A stretch of DNA of 64,000 nucleotides from an uncultured Candidatus Saccharibacteria bacterium (GTDB taxonomy: Bacteria > Patescibacteriota > Minisyncoccia > Phycocordibacterales > XYD1-FULL-46-19). The DNA is taken from contig CAZEAY010000001.1 of the NCBI GenBank assembly GCA_964510655.1, positions 99,302 through 163,301 on the forward strand, in the 5' to 3' direction. Position 1 is the stretch's first letter. Each line of letters begins with the position of its first letter. The position numbers were made by a program, and so were the translations under genes. This document shows positions 1-8,460 of this stretch, in pieces. The notes below the pieces were generated by a model that worked only from the letters and a program-made list of their open reading frames with translations, made no database searches and had not been told where the DNA came from.

Positions 1-234
1 TTGAAATATCTCCCTTCTAGGCGAGATTTGTTAGTAGCCAAAGACCCCGACCCATTTATCCAGGTTTTTAAAGATTCGGCTGTTGTTGCCCGGTCTTGGG
101 TAGACCCCGATAGTAATAAGACCAATGAAATATTTACTCAGTTGTCGGAAGGTGTTAAAACTGGTCAAGTTAAAATAACTGATGCAGTTAAGTCGGCCGA
201 TGCTAATATGTTACGTCTATTTAGGGTTTTCTAA
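1..234 (+). CDS. hypothetical protein, C-terminal fragment (gene starts upstream of window)
   Basis: ORF open from window edge to TAA at 232-234; no recognisable motif. Confidence 0.35.
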   Translation: MKYLPSRRDLLVAKDPDPFIQVFKDSAVVARSWVDPDSNKTNEIFTQLSEGVKTGQVKITDAVKSADANMLRLFRVF

Positions 235-241
235 GAAAAAA

Positions 242-652
242 ATGAGAAAGAAACAATTTTACTTTATTTTTTTTGGGGCAATAATTTTAAGTTTCTTTGT
301 TATGCATACTGTTTCGGCTGCCGGTTTGGTAAATTGCAAGACAGACCCTTGTTCCTGGAATGACTTATATACATTAATTAATGATGTTATTAAATTTTTG
401 ATTTTTACTTTAGGTTTACCACTAGTAACTGTGGTGATTGTTGTTTCCGGTATTGAACTTGTCCTTCATCCAAACAATTCCACTGCTCAGTCTGTCTGGA
501 GGGGACGTTTACGTACCGCTCTTTTGGGCCTAGTTATTATGTTGACCGCTTTTTTAATTGTGAAGGCAATTGTTTGGGGGCTGACCGGTGGAGAAAATAA
601 GGTTGATCCTTATGATTTAAGAACTATTTTACCAGATAAGACAAGACAATAA
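242..652 (+). CDS. VirB2/TrbC-like T4SS pilin family protein (paralog 1 of 5)
   Basis: ATG at 242 directly after the upstream stop; track start at 182 would overlap the upstream ORF. Signal-peptide-like N-terminus and two hydrophobic helices separated by a short charged loop; same architecture as ORFs 2-5. Confidence 0.6.
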   Translation: MRKKQFYFIFFGAIILSFFVMHTVSAAGLVNCKTDPCSWNDLYTLINDVIKFLIFTLGLPLVTVVIVVSGIELVLHPNNSTAQSVWRGRLRTALLGLVIMLTAFLIVKAIVWGLTGGENKVDPYDLRTILPDKTRQ

Positions 653-656
653 ATAT

Positions 657-1076
657 ATGAAGGAGAAAATACTATCTAATCATGAGATTTTTGTTTATCG
701 AATTAGTTTTTTTGTTTTTAGTTTCTTCGCTCTTCTGGGTCAAGTTTTTGCTCAGGGTGGAGCATTGACTCCGGCTCCGCCCATTGAAAATCCTATTGCT
801 GCCAATGACTTTAAACAATTTTTAGCTATTGTTTTAAATATTATTATTCAAATTGGTACCCCGATTGTTATAATTGCTATTATCTTTGTAGGTTTTAAAT
901 TTGTAATGGCTCAGGGGAACGAAAGTAAATTGAAAGAGGCCAAGTCCGCTTTTTTCTGGGTGGTTATTGGTGCGGCTATAGTTATCGGCTGTAATGTTAT
1001 TGTGGCGATTATTGAAAGTACGGTCGAACAAATTACCCCAGCTACCACTAGTTTTCTTTTACAAACTTTCTGTTAG
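657..1076 (+). CDS. VirB2/TrbC-like T4SS pilin family protein (paralog 2)
   Basis: Signal peptide ending ...VFAQGG, two TM helices with a K/E-rich loop (GNESKLKEAKS); tandem with the neighbours. Confidence 0.6.
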   Translation: MKEKILSNHEIFVYRISFFVFSFFALLGQVFAQGGALTPAPPIENPIAANDFKQFLAIVLNIIIQIGTPIVIIAIIFVGFKFVMAQGNESKLKEAKSAFFWVVIGAAIVIGCNVIVAIIESTVEQITPATTSFLLQTFC

Positions 1077-1095
1077 TCTATAATTTATTATATCT

Positions 1096-1464
1096 ATGTC
1101 TAAAAAAACGTCTCTTGTAAGGAATTTCTCATTATTATTGATAATAAGTTTATTTTTTTTCCCCAATTTGGTTCGAGCCTTGACCCTAGGGGAAATCTTT
1201 ACTAATTTGACTAAAACTTTACTCGTGCCAATTGGCGGTTTTTTAATCACTGGGACTTTCGTTGTTTTTCTGTGGGGTCTAGTGAAGTATATGTATAGTT
1301 TGGGGGAAAAGGAGAAAGTTGAGGGTCGGTGGCTTATGGTGTGGGGAGTGGTGGCTCTGTTTGTAATGGGCTCTGTTTGGGGTTTGGTTTGGGCGCTGAA
1401 TGATACTTTGGGAATTACTCCAGCGATGAACGCTGCACCTCAAGGTGGCATTGTCATTCCCTAA
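1096..1464 (+). CDS. VirB2/TrbC-like T4SS pilin family protein (paralog 3)
   Basis: Shares WGLVKY...G.K.....GxxALxVMGSxWG motifs with paralog 4. Confidence 0.65.
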   Translation: MSKKTSLVRNFSLLLIISLFFFPNLVRALTLGEIFTNLTKTLLVPIGGFLITGTFVVFLWGLVKYMYSLGEKEKVEGRWLMVWGVVALFVMGSVWGLVWALNDTLGITPAMNAAPQGGIVIP

Positions 1465-1575
1465 AATTGTCCCCATTTATAGTTGCTTTTAGTGTTGTAA
1501 GTAACTATAATTGACTAAATAGAGTTTATATTATTAACCTTGTTTTGTTTATTAATTATTAATTAATATATTGAT

Positions 1576-1926
1576 ATGAAATTTGTAAAGTTCTCAATTG
1601 TTTCCGTGTCTTTGTTGCCAATATTAGCGTCGGCACAGGTTATTCAAAATTTTACTCAGGGGTTGTCAACACTGATAAATAGTATTGCTCCTCTGGCAAT
1701 GACTTTAGTCTTTATTGCCTTTTGTTGGGGATTAGTTAAATATATTTTATCAGCCGGTGATCCAGCTAAGGCTTCAACTGGAAAGAGTATCATGATCTAT
1801 GGTGCTATTGCTCTGATTGTGATGGGATCTATTTGGGGGATTATGGCAGCGATTCAGAGCGGCCTAGGAATTAGTGGTGATAGTGAAGCTCCCGGAACCG
1901 AAATTATCCCTGGTGCTGAAAATTAA
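1576..1926 (+). CDS. VirB2/TrbC-like T4SS pilin family protein (paralog 4)
   Basis: Signal peptide (…ILASAQV), CWGLVKYILSAGDPAKASTGKSIMIYGAIALIVMGSIWGI closely parallels paralog 3. Confidence 0.65.
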   Translation: MKFVKFSIVSVSLLPILASAQVIQNFTQGLSTLINSIAPLAMTLVFIAFCWGLVKYILSAGDPAKASTGKSIMIYGAIALIVMGSIWGIMAAIQSGLGISGDSEAPGTEIIPGAEN

Positions 1927-2171
1927 TGAATATACCCGTCTTAAATAATATAAAACTACTAATTCTAAAGCCTTTTACTGCTTTTTTGCTAGCTTTGGCA
2001 GTGGTATATTTTATCTACGGGTTATATAGATTTTTGGCTAATTATGATAATCCCTCTGAACGTTCGGCTGGAAAATCACATATGATTTGGGGGATAGTTG
2101 GCATTACTATAATGGCTTCAGTCTATGGGGTGATAGATATTATTAGGGGTACGATAGAAGCCTTAAAATAA
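1926..2171 (+). CDS. VirB2/TrbC-like pilin family protein (paralog 5, short, no signal peptide)
   Basis: Two-helix hairpin with an SERSAGKSHMIWGIVGITIMASVYGV loop motif homologous to paralogs 3/4; start overlaps the stop of the previous gene (ATGA). Confidence 0.55.
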   Translation: MNIPVLNNIKLLILKPFTAFLLALAVVYFIYGLYRFLANYDNPSERSAGKSHMIWGIVGITIMASVYGVIDIIRGTIEALK

Positions 2172-2191
2172 TTCAGCTTAACAAGTTATCA

Positions 2192-2231
2192 ACAAAACAA
2201 GAGACAGAAAAGTCTCTTGTTTTGTTTTTTT
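2192..2231 (+). terminator. Rho-independent terminator closing the pilin array
   Basis: Perfect 14-bp stem acaaaacaagagac/gtctcttgttttgt with loop agaaaa followed by a T-run. Confidence 0.8.
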
Positions 2232-2232
2232 A

Positions 2233-2272
2233 TAAAAAAAGAGCGGAGACTCCTGTTGGGGAATTCCGCTCT
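2233..2272 (-). terminator. Rho-independent terminator for the minus-strand SPFH operon
   Basis: Hairpin gagcggag...ctccgctc preceded on plus by an A-run (a T-run on the minus strand). Confidence 0.6.
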
Positions 2273-2290
2273 CGAATGAAATACATGGCT

Positions 2291-2863
2291 CTATTTCCAA
2301 ACAATTTCCACCTTTATCGGTCCGTCCTCCGCCGTTCGAAAGAACAGTGATTGGGGAATGTTTTTGATGGGCCAAGTGTCATCCTCGTGACCATAGCCAC
2401 ATTCATGAACATTACCATCGGGTGTGCGAATTTTATACTTCGCTGTGTGGGGGGTTACATTAGCAACCCACCTTGTTCCATTGAAGTTTATGTCTTTTGC
2501 AACCCACCCATCTTCCTTGGTTAGGGTGATGGTGGTTGGTGAGGCAGAAACCGTCGCTTTGTCTGCGGATTCTGCCACTTTCTCTGATTTTGGTGACCAA
2601 TCCACACACAAGACTACCAGTGGCGGGACCCATATCCAGAGGAAGAGGAATATCGCAACCCATTTCCACCATGGTACTTCTGATTTTTTGGCGGTGGGTT
2701 TCTCTTTGGGTTTATCCTCAGGAGTTGTGGTAGGTGGTTTTGACGGTGTTGTTGGTTTCAGATTCTGTCTTTTGCGAAACTGAACTACGAAACCAAGCAC
2801 GACAGATCCGACCAGCAGAAGTAGAGTCAGCGATATGATTCCGGTGATGACCATCTTCATCAT
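2291..2863 (-). CDS. membrane protein with P/T/K-rich linker, co-transcribed with the SPFH protein
   Basis: Two TM helices, PTTPSKPPTTTPEDKPKEKPTAKK linker, C-terminal soluble domain; 4-nt overlap with the upstream SPFH gene; SD aaaggag upstream. Confidence 0.5.
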   Translation of the reverse strand: MMKMVITGIISLTLLLLVGSVVLGFVVQFRKRQNLKPTTPSKPPTTTPEDKPKEKPTAKKSEVPWWKWVAIFLFLWIWVPPLVVLCVDWSPKSEKVAESADKATVSASPTTITLTKEDGWVAKDINFNGTRWVANVTPHTAKYKIRTPDGNVHECGYGHEDDTWPIKNIPQSLFFRTAEDGPIKVEIVWK

Positions 2864-3897
2864 TTCTTGTTTACTCCTTTCAGAAGGTTGTTTACGACCT
2901 CGAGTGGTTCACTGCCAATCACCACAGTTCTGCTGTTTTTGGCCATCTGCTCCGCAATACCAGCTGCTACCAGGAGTTTTCCTTCCTCTTGTTGTTCTCT
3001 GAGAGCTTTTGCTTTTGTTTCAAGAGCCTGTGCCTCAGCCAGAGCTTTGATTGTGATGGCATTGGCTTCGCCCGTAGCCTCAGTCTTTGTGGCTTCTGCT
3101 TTGGCTTCAGCTGTAGCTTTAAGGGCTTCACCCTGACGAATAGCTTCGGTTCTTTTGAGAGTTAGTTCCCGGTATTTGGAATCGGGATCAATTCCCTGGA
3201 TAGAGGTTTTCACAATCTTGACACCGTAGGACTCTCTCATGATCGTGACGATCTCGTTTTCGATCAATTGTACACAGGCGTTTGCTCCCAACGCCTTATC
3301 TGCGGTAATCTCTTCAAAGGTTTTTTCTCCAGCGTATTTGATTACTGCTTGCTGGACCATGGCAGTCATTTGTCTAACCCAATCATGGGCAACAAAGGCT
3401 GCTTTATAGGGATTGATCACTCTTGCGGTGATGACAAACGCAAAGTCAAATGGGATGAGATCCTTCGTCTCTACCCCCATCGCTTTTACGAAGTAGGGAT
3501 ATTCCGCCAAATAGACTTGGCGTAATATTTGTGTCTCTGGGACAGCTTGATAGTCCTTGCCGTCAATCATTTTCCAAGCCACCCAGCTCTGCTCCCAGGT
3601 GTGAATTTTCGTGATAAATGGAATGCCGATGTAGTGGACGCCTAACCATCTCTGTAATAGGCTATCTTTCGGATCATCATTCCTTTTGTCCACGATATCT
3701 CCGTTCTCTTCTACCTTCGACCCCTTTTTTGCCAACAAGGTCTTGAGGTATTGGTCACCCTTCAAGACAATCACTGCGTAGTTTTCTTGGATCGTTATCC
3801 AAATGAAAACCGCTTTGGCTGCAACCAGGATAAATACCAAGGTCGCCACGAGAAGGAGTATGGTTCCTCCTGTCAAAACCATCAGCTCTGTAAACAT
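2860..3897 (-). CDS. SPFH/band-7 (stomatin/flotillin-like) domain protein
   Basis: N-terminal TM, SPFH core, C-terminal Ala/Glu-rich coiled coil (EALKATAEAKAEATKTEATGEANAITIKALAEAQALETKAKALREQQEE). Confidence 0.8.
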   Translation of the reverse strand: MFTELMVLTGGTILLLVATLVFILVAAKAVFIWITIQENYAVIVLKGDQYLKTLLAKKGSKVEENGDIVDKRNDDPKDSLLQRWLGVHYIGIPFITKIHTWEQSWVAWKMIDGKDYQAVPETQILRQVYLAEYPYFVKAMGVETKDLIPFDFAFVITARVINPYKAAFVAHDWVRQMTAMVQQAVIKYAGEKTFEEITADKALGANACVQLIENEIVTIMRESYGVKIVKTSIQGIDPDSKYRELTLKRTEAIRQGEALKATAEAKAEATKTEATGEANAITIKALAEAQALETKAKALREQQEEGKLLVAAGIAEQMAKNSRTVVIGSEPLEVVNNLLKGVNKK

Positions 3898-4086
3898 TTC
3901 ACTGCCTCTTTTCTATGTTTCGAAAAATTGTTTGTAGCCATGTCAAGGAACGGCTAACTTTATCTTCTATCCTCTATTATATCACCAATCAATGTAAAAG
4001 TCAAGGGTGGGGGAGGCGGGAAAATGGCTCTATTTAGCCATTTTATCTTTGATTTGATTTGAAAATATGTTAAGATTTCGATAATT

Positions 4087-5163
4087 ATGGTCAAAAATTA
4101 TCTTAGTAAAATTGCCATTGTTTTGGTTTATGTCTTTGCGGCCATTGGTTTTTTGCTTACCGCTGGTTTTTTTGCGGTTAAATTTCATTTAACCGACTCG
4201 TTGGGACAAATTGATTTGAATGATCGCTATTTTTCTCAATCAGCTTCGATAATTAAGAGTTTGGTCGCTAGTCCTGATCGTTCTAGTGCTCTATTGGTAA
4301 ATCTTTGTCGGGCCCAAGTAGTAAAAAAAATCTATCCGGAAAATGGTGGTAAGATTTTGACCGCTTATGATCGCACACATTCTGATTTGGTCTTGGCTCA
4401 AATGTTGGCGGCGGCGGAAATGTATTTGGTTGGTAATCTTGATTATCAGACGGGAATCAAAAAATGTGAAAACTCAACTGATAATTTTTCTGTAAATAAC
4501 ATAAAAACTGATGCCAATTTGTACGCTTGGATAAATACTCCAGAGTGGCAAACCCTCAAAGAGGGTTTAGCTAAGGACAAGGAGGTGATTAATCAGGTGG
4601 CGGTTAGGACGGGGGTACCAGCTCGTCTAATTGTTTCTCAGGTGGTTGGGGAGCAGTTGAGATTGTTTCATAGTGAAAGGGAAGTCTATAAACAATTTTT
4701 CCAACCATTGAAGATCTTGGGTAACGAAATAAAATTCTCCTTGGGGGTGGCGGGCGTAAAAGAAGAGACCGCGATTCAAATTGAGAAAAATTTAGTGGAC
4801 CGAAGTTCTCCTTATTATTTAGGCACAGAATTTGAAAATATGCTCAGCTTTCAAACGTCTAATTATGATGAGGAAAGATTTAATCGTTTGACTGACTCCA
4901 AAGACCACACTTATTCTTATCTTTATACCGCTCTATTTTTGCGACAAATTGAGGCGCAGTGGAAAAAAGCCGGTTTTGATATTTCTGATCGGCCAGAGAT
5001 TTTGGCTACTATTTTTAATGTTGGTTTTGCTAAATCTTTACCTAAAGAAAATCCCCAAGTGGGAGGATCGGAGATTGTCATTAACGGGAAAACCTATACC
5101 TTTGGAGCGTTGGCTTATGAGTTTTATTTTTCAGGAGAGATGTTAGATGAATTTGGGTATTAA
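4087..5163 (+). CDS. hypothetical membrane-anchored protein
   Basis: Single N-terminal TM followed by a large extracytoplasmic domain; no motif I can name. Confidence 0.5.
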   Translation: MVKNYLSKIAIVLVYVFAAIGFLLTAGFFAVKFHLTDSLGQIDLNDRYFSQSASIIKSLVASPDRSSALLVNLCRAQVVKKIYPENGGKILTAYDRTHSDLVLAQMLAAAEMYLVGNLDYQTGIKKCENSTDNFSVNNIKTDANLYAWINTPEWQTLKEGLAKDKEVINQVAVRTGVPARLIVSQVVGEQLRLFHSEREVYKQFFQPLKILGNEIKFSLGVAGVKEETAIQIEKNLVDRSSPYYLGTEFENMLSFQTSNYDEERFNRLTDSKDHTYSYLYTALFLRQIEAQWKKAGFDISDRPEILATIFNVGFAKSLPKENPQVGGSEIVINGKTYTFGALAYEFYFSGEMLDEFGY

Positions 5164-5204
5164 ATAAAACGGCTAGAGTTGTTTTATTAAACAGGTTTTT
5201 TCTG

Positions 5205-5286
5205 TGCCGAGGAGAGGACTTGAACCTCCATGGATTACTCCACCAGTTCCTAAGACTGGCGCGGCTACCAATTACGCCACCTCGGC
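5205..5286 (-). tRNA. tRNA-Leu (anticodon TAG), type II long variable arm
   Basis: Reverse complement folds as a cloverleaf: acceptor gccgagg/cctcggc, anticodon loop cuUAGga, long variable arm, T-loop ttcaagt. Confidence 0.85.
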
Positions 5287-5415
5287 AATACCGCCTATCT
5301 TAGCAAATAATCTAATAAAAACCAACCTCGTTTATTTGCTACTAGTGGTAAAATTTGTTAAGATTTTCTTTGTATTAACCCTAAACTTATAAAAGGTGGT
5401 TGGGTGAATGTTTTA

Positions 5416-5488
5416 GCCTCGTTAGCTCAGCTGGTAGAGCAGCTCCCTCTTAAGGAGACGGTCGGGGGTTCGATCCCCTCACGAGGCA
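5416..5488 (+). tRNA. tRNA-Lys (anticodon CTT)
   Basis: Acceptor gcctcgt/acgaggc, D-loop agctggta, anticodon loop ctCTTaa, T-loop ttcgatc. Confidence 0.85.
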
Positions 5489-5618
5489 CAGATGGTTTGG
5501 GGTGGAGTCTTCCGCTACGCGGACAGTATAGCTTTCCCATTTACTCAGATGACTACATCTTCGTAAATAAGGGAGAAGCTTTTCGACTCCCACACGTAAG
5601 CAAATAAATTTGCTTACT

Positions 5619-5675
5619 CTCGGGCACAAATAAAAAATCTGCATCAATAATGCAGATTTTTTATTTGTGCCCGAG
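5619..5675. terminator. 57-bp perfect palindrome acting as a bidirectional terminator between convergent tRNA-Lys(+) and tRNA-Leu(-); its right arm contains the 3' end of tRNA-Leu(TAA)
   Basis: ctcgggcacaaataaaaaatctgcat-caata-atgcagattttttatttgtgcccgag; the inner hairpin is flanked by A/T runs on both strands. A second perfect hairpin gtaagcaaat-aa-atttgcttac sits at 5596-5617. Confidence 0.75.
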
Positions 5676-5749
5676 GTGGGAGTCGAACCCACATCCCTTG
5701 CGAGACACGATTTTAAGTCGTGCGCGTATACCAATTCCGCCACTCGGGC
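5668..5749 (-). tRNA. tRNA-Leu (anticodon TAA), type II
   Basis: Reverse complement gcccgagtggcggaattggtatacgcgcacgacuUAAaatcg...; near-identical 5' half to the tRNA-Leu(CAA) at 19692. Confidence 0.85.
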
Positions 5750-5778
5750 CTATTATTTTTTTACACATTCTAAAGAGC

Positions 5779-5853
5779 TGGAGGCACGGGCGGGAATTGA
5801 ACCCGCGCATGGCGGTTTTGCAGACCGCAGCGTTACCACTTCGCCACCGTGCC
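5779..5853 (-). tRNA. tRNA-Cys (anticodon GCA), CCA encoded
   Basis: Reverse complement ggcacggtggcgaagtggtaacgc...ctGCAaa...ggttcaattcc...tcca. Confidence 0.85.
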
Positions 5854-5902
5854 TAATCCTGTATAATTTGCCTAGCTAAAAACAAGATTAAACATGGTTA
5901 TC

Positions 5903-6229
5903 TTAACCTTTTTTTAACAATTCATCAATTTTTTGTCGATGTTTTTCTCCTAAATCTAATTCGATATCAATAAAGGGTAGGAGACCAATTTTTGTCTTTT
6001 TTCTTAAAAATTCTCGGATTTCACTCCGTTGTCTCTTGGCAAAGTTTAAAGCCTCGGCCTCTTTATCATCTGGTAAGACAGTAATATAGATAGTCGCCCT
6101 TTTAAAGTCGTCAGAAACAAGGCAGTTTGTAACGGTAATCATCGATGATCCATTGCTGTGGTAGTTTAAATATTCAGCCACAACTGGAACAATAATTGAA
6201 ACCATTTTTTCTTGATGATGAGGTCGCAT
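5903..6229 (-). CDS. rbfA: ribosome-binding factor A
   Basis: RbfA signature ITVTNCLVSDDFKRATIYITVL; immediately downstream of infB, the conserved gene order. Confidence 0.85.
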   Translation of the reverse strand: MRPHHQEKMVSIIVPVVAEYLNYHSNGSSMITVTNCLVSDDFKRATIYITVLPDDKEAEALNFAKRQRSEIREFLRKKTKIGLLPFIDIELDLGEKHRQKIDELLKKG

Positions 6230-6235
6230 ATGGTT

Positions 6236-7750
6236 TTATTTTTGTGTTATCTCAATGGCATCAATGTAGTCACCCGGACTAATCATTAATTTTGTCTCGA
6301 TTTCGGTGCCAAATTGAGTTCCTTCTTCAACTGTACTCGTTTTAATTTTCTGTTCTTGCAGATCGGTAATTTTACCGCGACCAATTTCTACATCGCGACG
6401 CAAGATGATTACTTCAGCGCCTTTAGTAATTCGTCCCTTAATCACTTGTCCTCCGACGATTTGTTTAACCTTATTTTGAGCAAAAACTTTTAGAATTTTT
6501 GCGCGACCAATCGATTCCTCCACTCGTTCTTTTGGTGTTCGGTTTCTTATTTCCCCTTCTAACCATTCTGATAGTTTATAAATAATATCAAATTGCATTA
6601 TTTTAAAACCAAATTTTTCGGCTTGATCCTGGGCAGAGTGGTCTACTTTTACATGAAAACCAAGAATAATAGAGTTTGGAGAACTGCTAGCAATTTTAGC
6701 ATCAGTTTCGGAAATGGTTCCTACTCCGGTTTGGACGATATCAAGAGAAATTTTGTCAGATTTTATTTTGGCCACCTCTTTCATAACGGCCTCTAATGAA
6801 CCATAGACGTCAGTTTTTATGATGATGGGGACATGGATAGCAGAAGAATTCTCTTCAAAAAAATTGCGACAGGTGGTTGATAGGATGCCCGCCTTTTGTT
6901 TTTCTAGATAATTTTCCAAGCTCTTTTTATCATTAAATGTTTGGAAACAGCGACCGACTTCAGGAATACTAGAAAAACCAAAAACACGAACAGGGGAGGA
7001 AAATGTTGCTTCCTTTAGTGTTTTACCTTTAAAATCTTCAATTTTTTTAATCTTGGCCGATTGATCGCCAATGGCCACTAGGTCGCCAGTGTAGAGGGTG
7101 CCATTTTTAATAATTAGATTCACTGTAACGCCGATTTTAGGATCAAGGTTGGCTTCTAAGACCAATCCTTCGGCTGGAATGTGTCCGTCGCCTTTTAGTT
7201 CTTCTACTTCGGCAACCAACAGCATCATATCCAACAAATCAGATACTCCTTCTCCTGATTTGGCTGAAATGGCTACCACTGGAACGGAACCGCCATAACC
7301 TTCGACAAAAATTCCCGCTTCAGATAATTGCAGTTTTGTTCGCTCGATATTAGCATTTGGTCGATCAATTTTGTTGATGGCGACGATAAAAGGCGTTTTA
7401 GTAGCTTCGATGGATTGAAAAGCTTCGATCGTTTGGTCTTTTACCCCCTCCTCGGCTGAGACAATTAAGACGGCAATGTCAGCGATACTAGCTCCTCTTT
7501 CTCGGACGCCAGAAAAAGCCGAGTGACCGGGGGTATCGAGAAAAGTTATTTTTTTACTGTTACCATCTTTGTCTTCGTGGACAACCTCATAGGCGCTGAT
7601 GTGTTGAGTGATGCCGCCCGCTTCTTTGTCTACAACATTTGTTTTTCTGATGTAATCAAGAAGGGTCGATTTGCCGTGATCAATGTGGCCCATAATGGCA
7701 ATAACCGGTGGTCTCTCAGTATTTAAATTTTCTTTAAGATTAGATGACAT
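6236..7750 (-). CDS. infB: translation initiation factor IF-2, N-terminally truncated form
   Basis: GTPase motifs GHIDHGKST, DTPGH, NKID, followed by the IF-2 beta-barrel domains; only 504 aa, so it lacks the long N-terminal region. Confidence 0.9.
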   Translation of the reverse strand: MSSNLKENLNTERPPVIAIMGHIDHGKSTLLDYIRKTNVVDKEAGGITQHISAYEVVHEDKDGNSKKITFLDTPGHSAFSGVRERGASIADIAVLIVSAEEGVKDQTIEAFQSIEATKTPFIVAINKIDRPNANIERTKLQLSEAGIFVEGYGGSVPVVAISAKSGEGVSDLLDMMLLVAEVEELKGDGHIPAEGLVLEANLDPKIGVTVNLIIKNGTLYTGDLVAIGDQSAKIKKIEDFKGKTLKEATFSSPVRVFGFSSIPEVGRCFQTFNDKKSLENYLEKQKAGILSTTCRNFFEENSSAIHVPIIIKTDVYGSLEAVMKEVAKIKSDKISLDIVQTGVGTISETDAKIASSSPNSIILGFHVKVDHSAQDQAEKFGFKIMQFDIIYKLSEWLEGEIRNRTPKERVEESIGRAKILKVFAQNKVKQIVGGQVIKGRITKGAEVIILRRDVEIGRGKITDLQEQKIKTSTVEEGTQFGTEIETKLMISPGDYIDAIEITQK

Positions 7751-7904
7751 TACGGCTAAATATACCTTATTTTTAAAGGTTTGTCCACGATGGAGTAAAG
7801 TTAAAAGTTAAGAGACAAAGAGAAAAAGTTAAAGTGAAAATTAACGAGTGTAAAACTTTAGACTTTAAAATCTAAAGTTTGCCTTTAGAGTTATCCTTTC
7901 TTAA

Positions 7905-8363
7905 CTACTTTGCTTTTTCAAGGGCCTCTTTTTCTTCTTCCGAGAGTTCAAATTCCGATTGATATTTTACAATTGGTTTGGCGTAGACACTTACTTTATC
8001 TCGTGAATATAAGCTGGAAATTATTACCCCATTACCATTTTCATCCAGGAAACAGGTGGCAAAACTTTGATTGCCACCCTGGTCTTTGAAGGGGTTGAAT
8101 CTAATAGTCTTAACTTTCTGAATGCTTTGGCGTAGTCGCCCGTCCATTTTGATAATATAATTTTCCATTTCTTCGGAGCGGGAATCTAGATTTTCCATTC
8201 CTTTTGTTAGGGTTTCAATGGTGTCTTCTAAATTTTCTCCTTTTTTGCCAAGCAAGACTTTACGAAAACGAGCATTTAGGCGAAAAATTTCGGCCGTAAG
8301 TAAGCCAATAACCACGATTAATGAATAAATAATAATATTATCGATACTTAAATCTATTGGCAT
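7905..8363 (-). CDS. DUF4446-like membrane-anchored protein
   Basis: N-terminal TM followed by the conserved segment RFNPFKDQGGNQSFATCFLDENGNGVIISS. Confidence 0.55.
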   Translation of the reverse strand: MPIDLSIDNIIIYSLIVVIGLLTAEIFRLNARFRKVLLGKKGENLEDTIETLTKGMENLDSRSEEMENYIIKMDGRLRQSIQKVKTIRFNPFKDQGGNQSFATCFLDENGNGVIISSLYSRDKVSVYAKPIVKYQSEFELSEEEKEALEKAK

Positions 8364-8460
8364 GATTTTTGAAAATTAATGTCTAGAAGATTATTCTCAG
8401 TATAACTTTTAAACAAAACTAAGGCAATTTAATTAGTTTTATTTGTTACCATTGTGGTAG

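Noticed and set aside
182-241. Track start (Met at 182) for the first pilin ORF
   Set aside because: It would overlap the upstream ORF. The ATG at 242 follows the upstream TAA directly and yields a signal-peptide-like N-terminus.
5404-5879. ORFs 5404-5607(+), 5450-5743(-), 5650-5856(+) and 5667-5879(+)
   Set aside because: They lie entirely over the tRNA-Lys, tRNA-Leu and tRNA-Cys genes and the palindromic terminator, so they are artefacts of the tRNA cluster.
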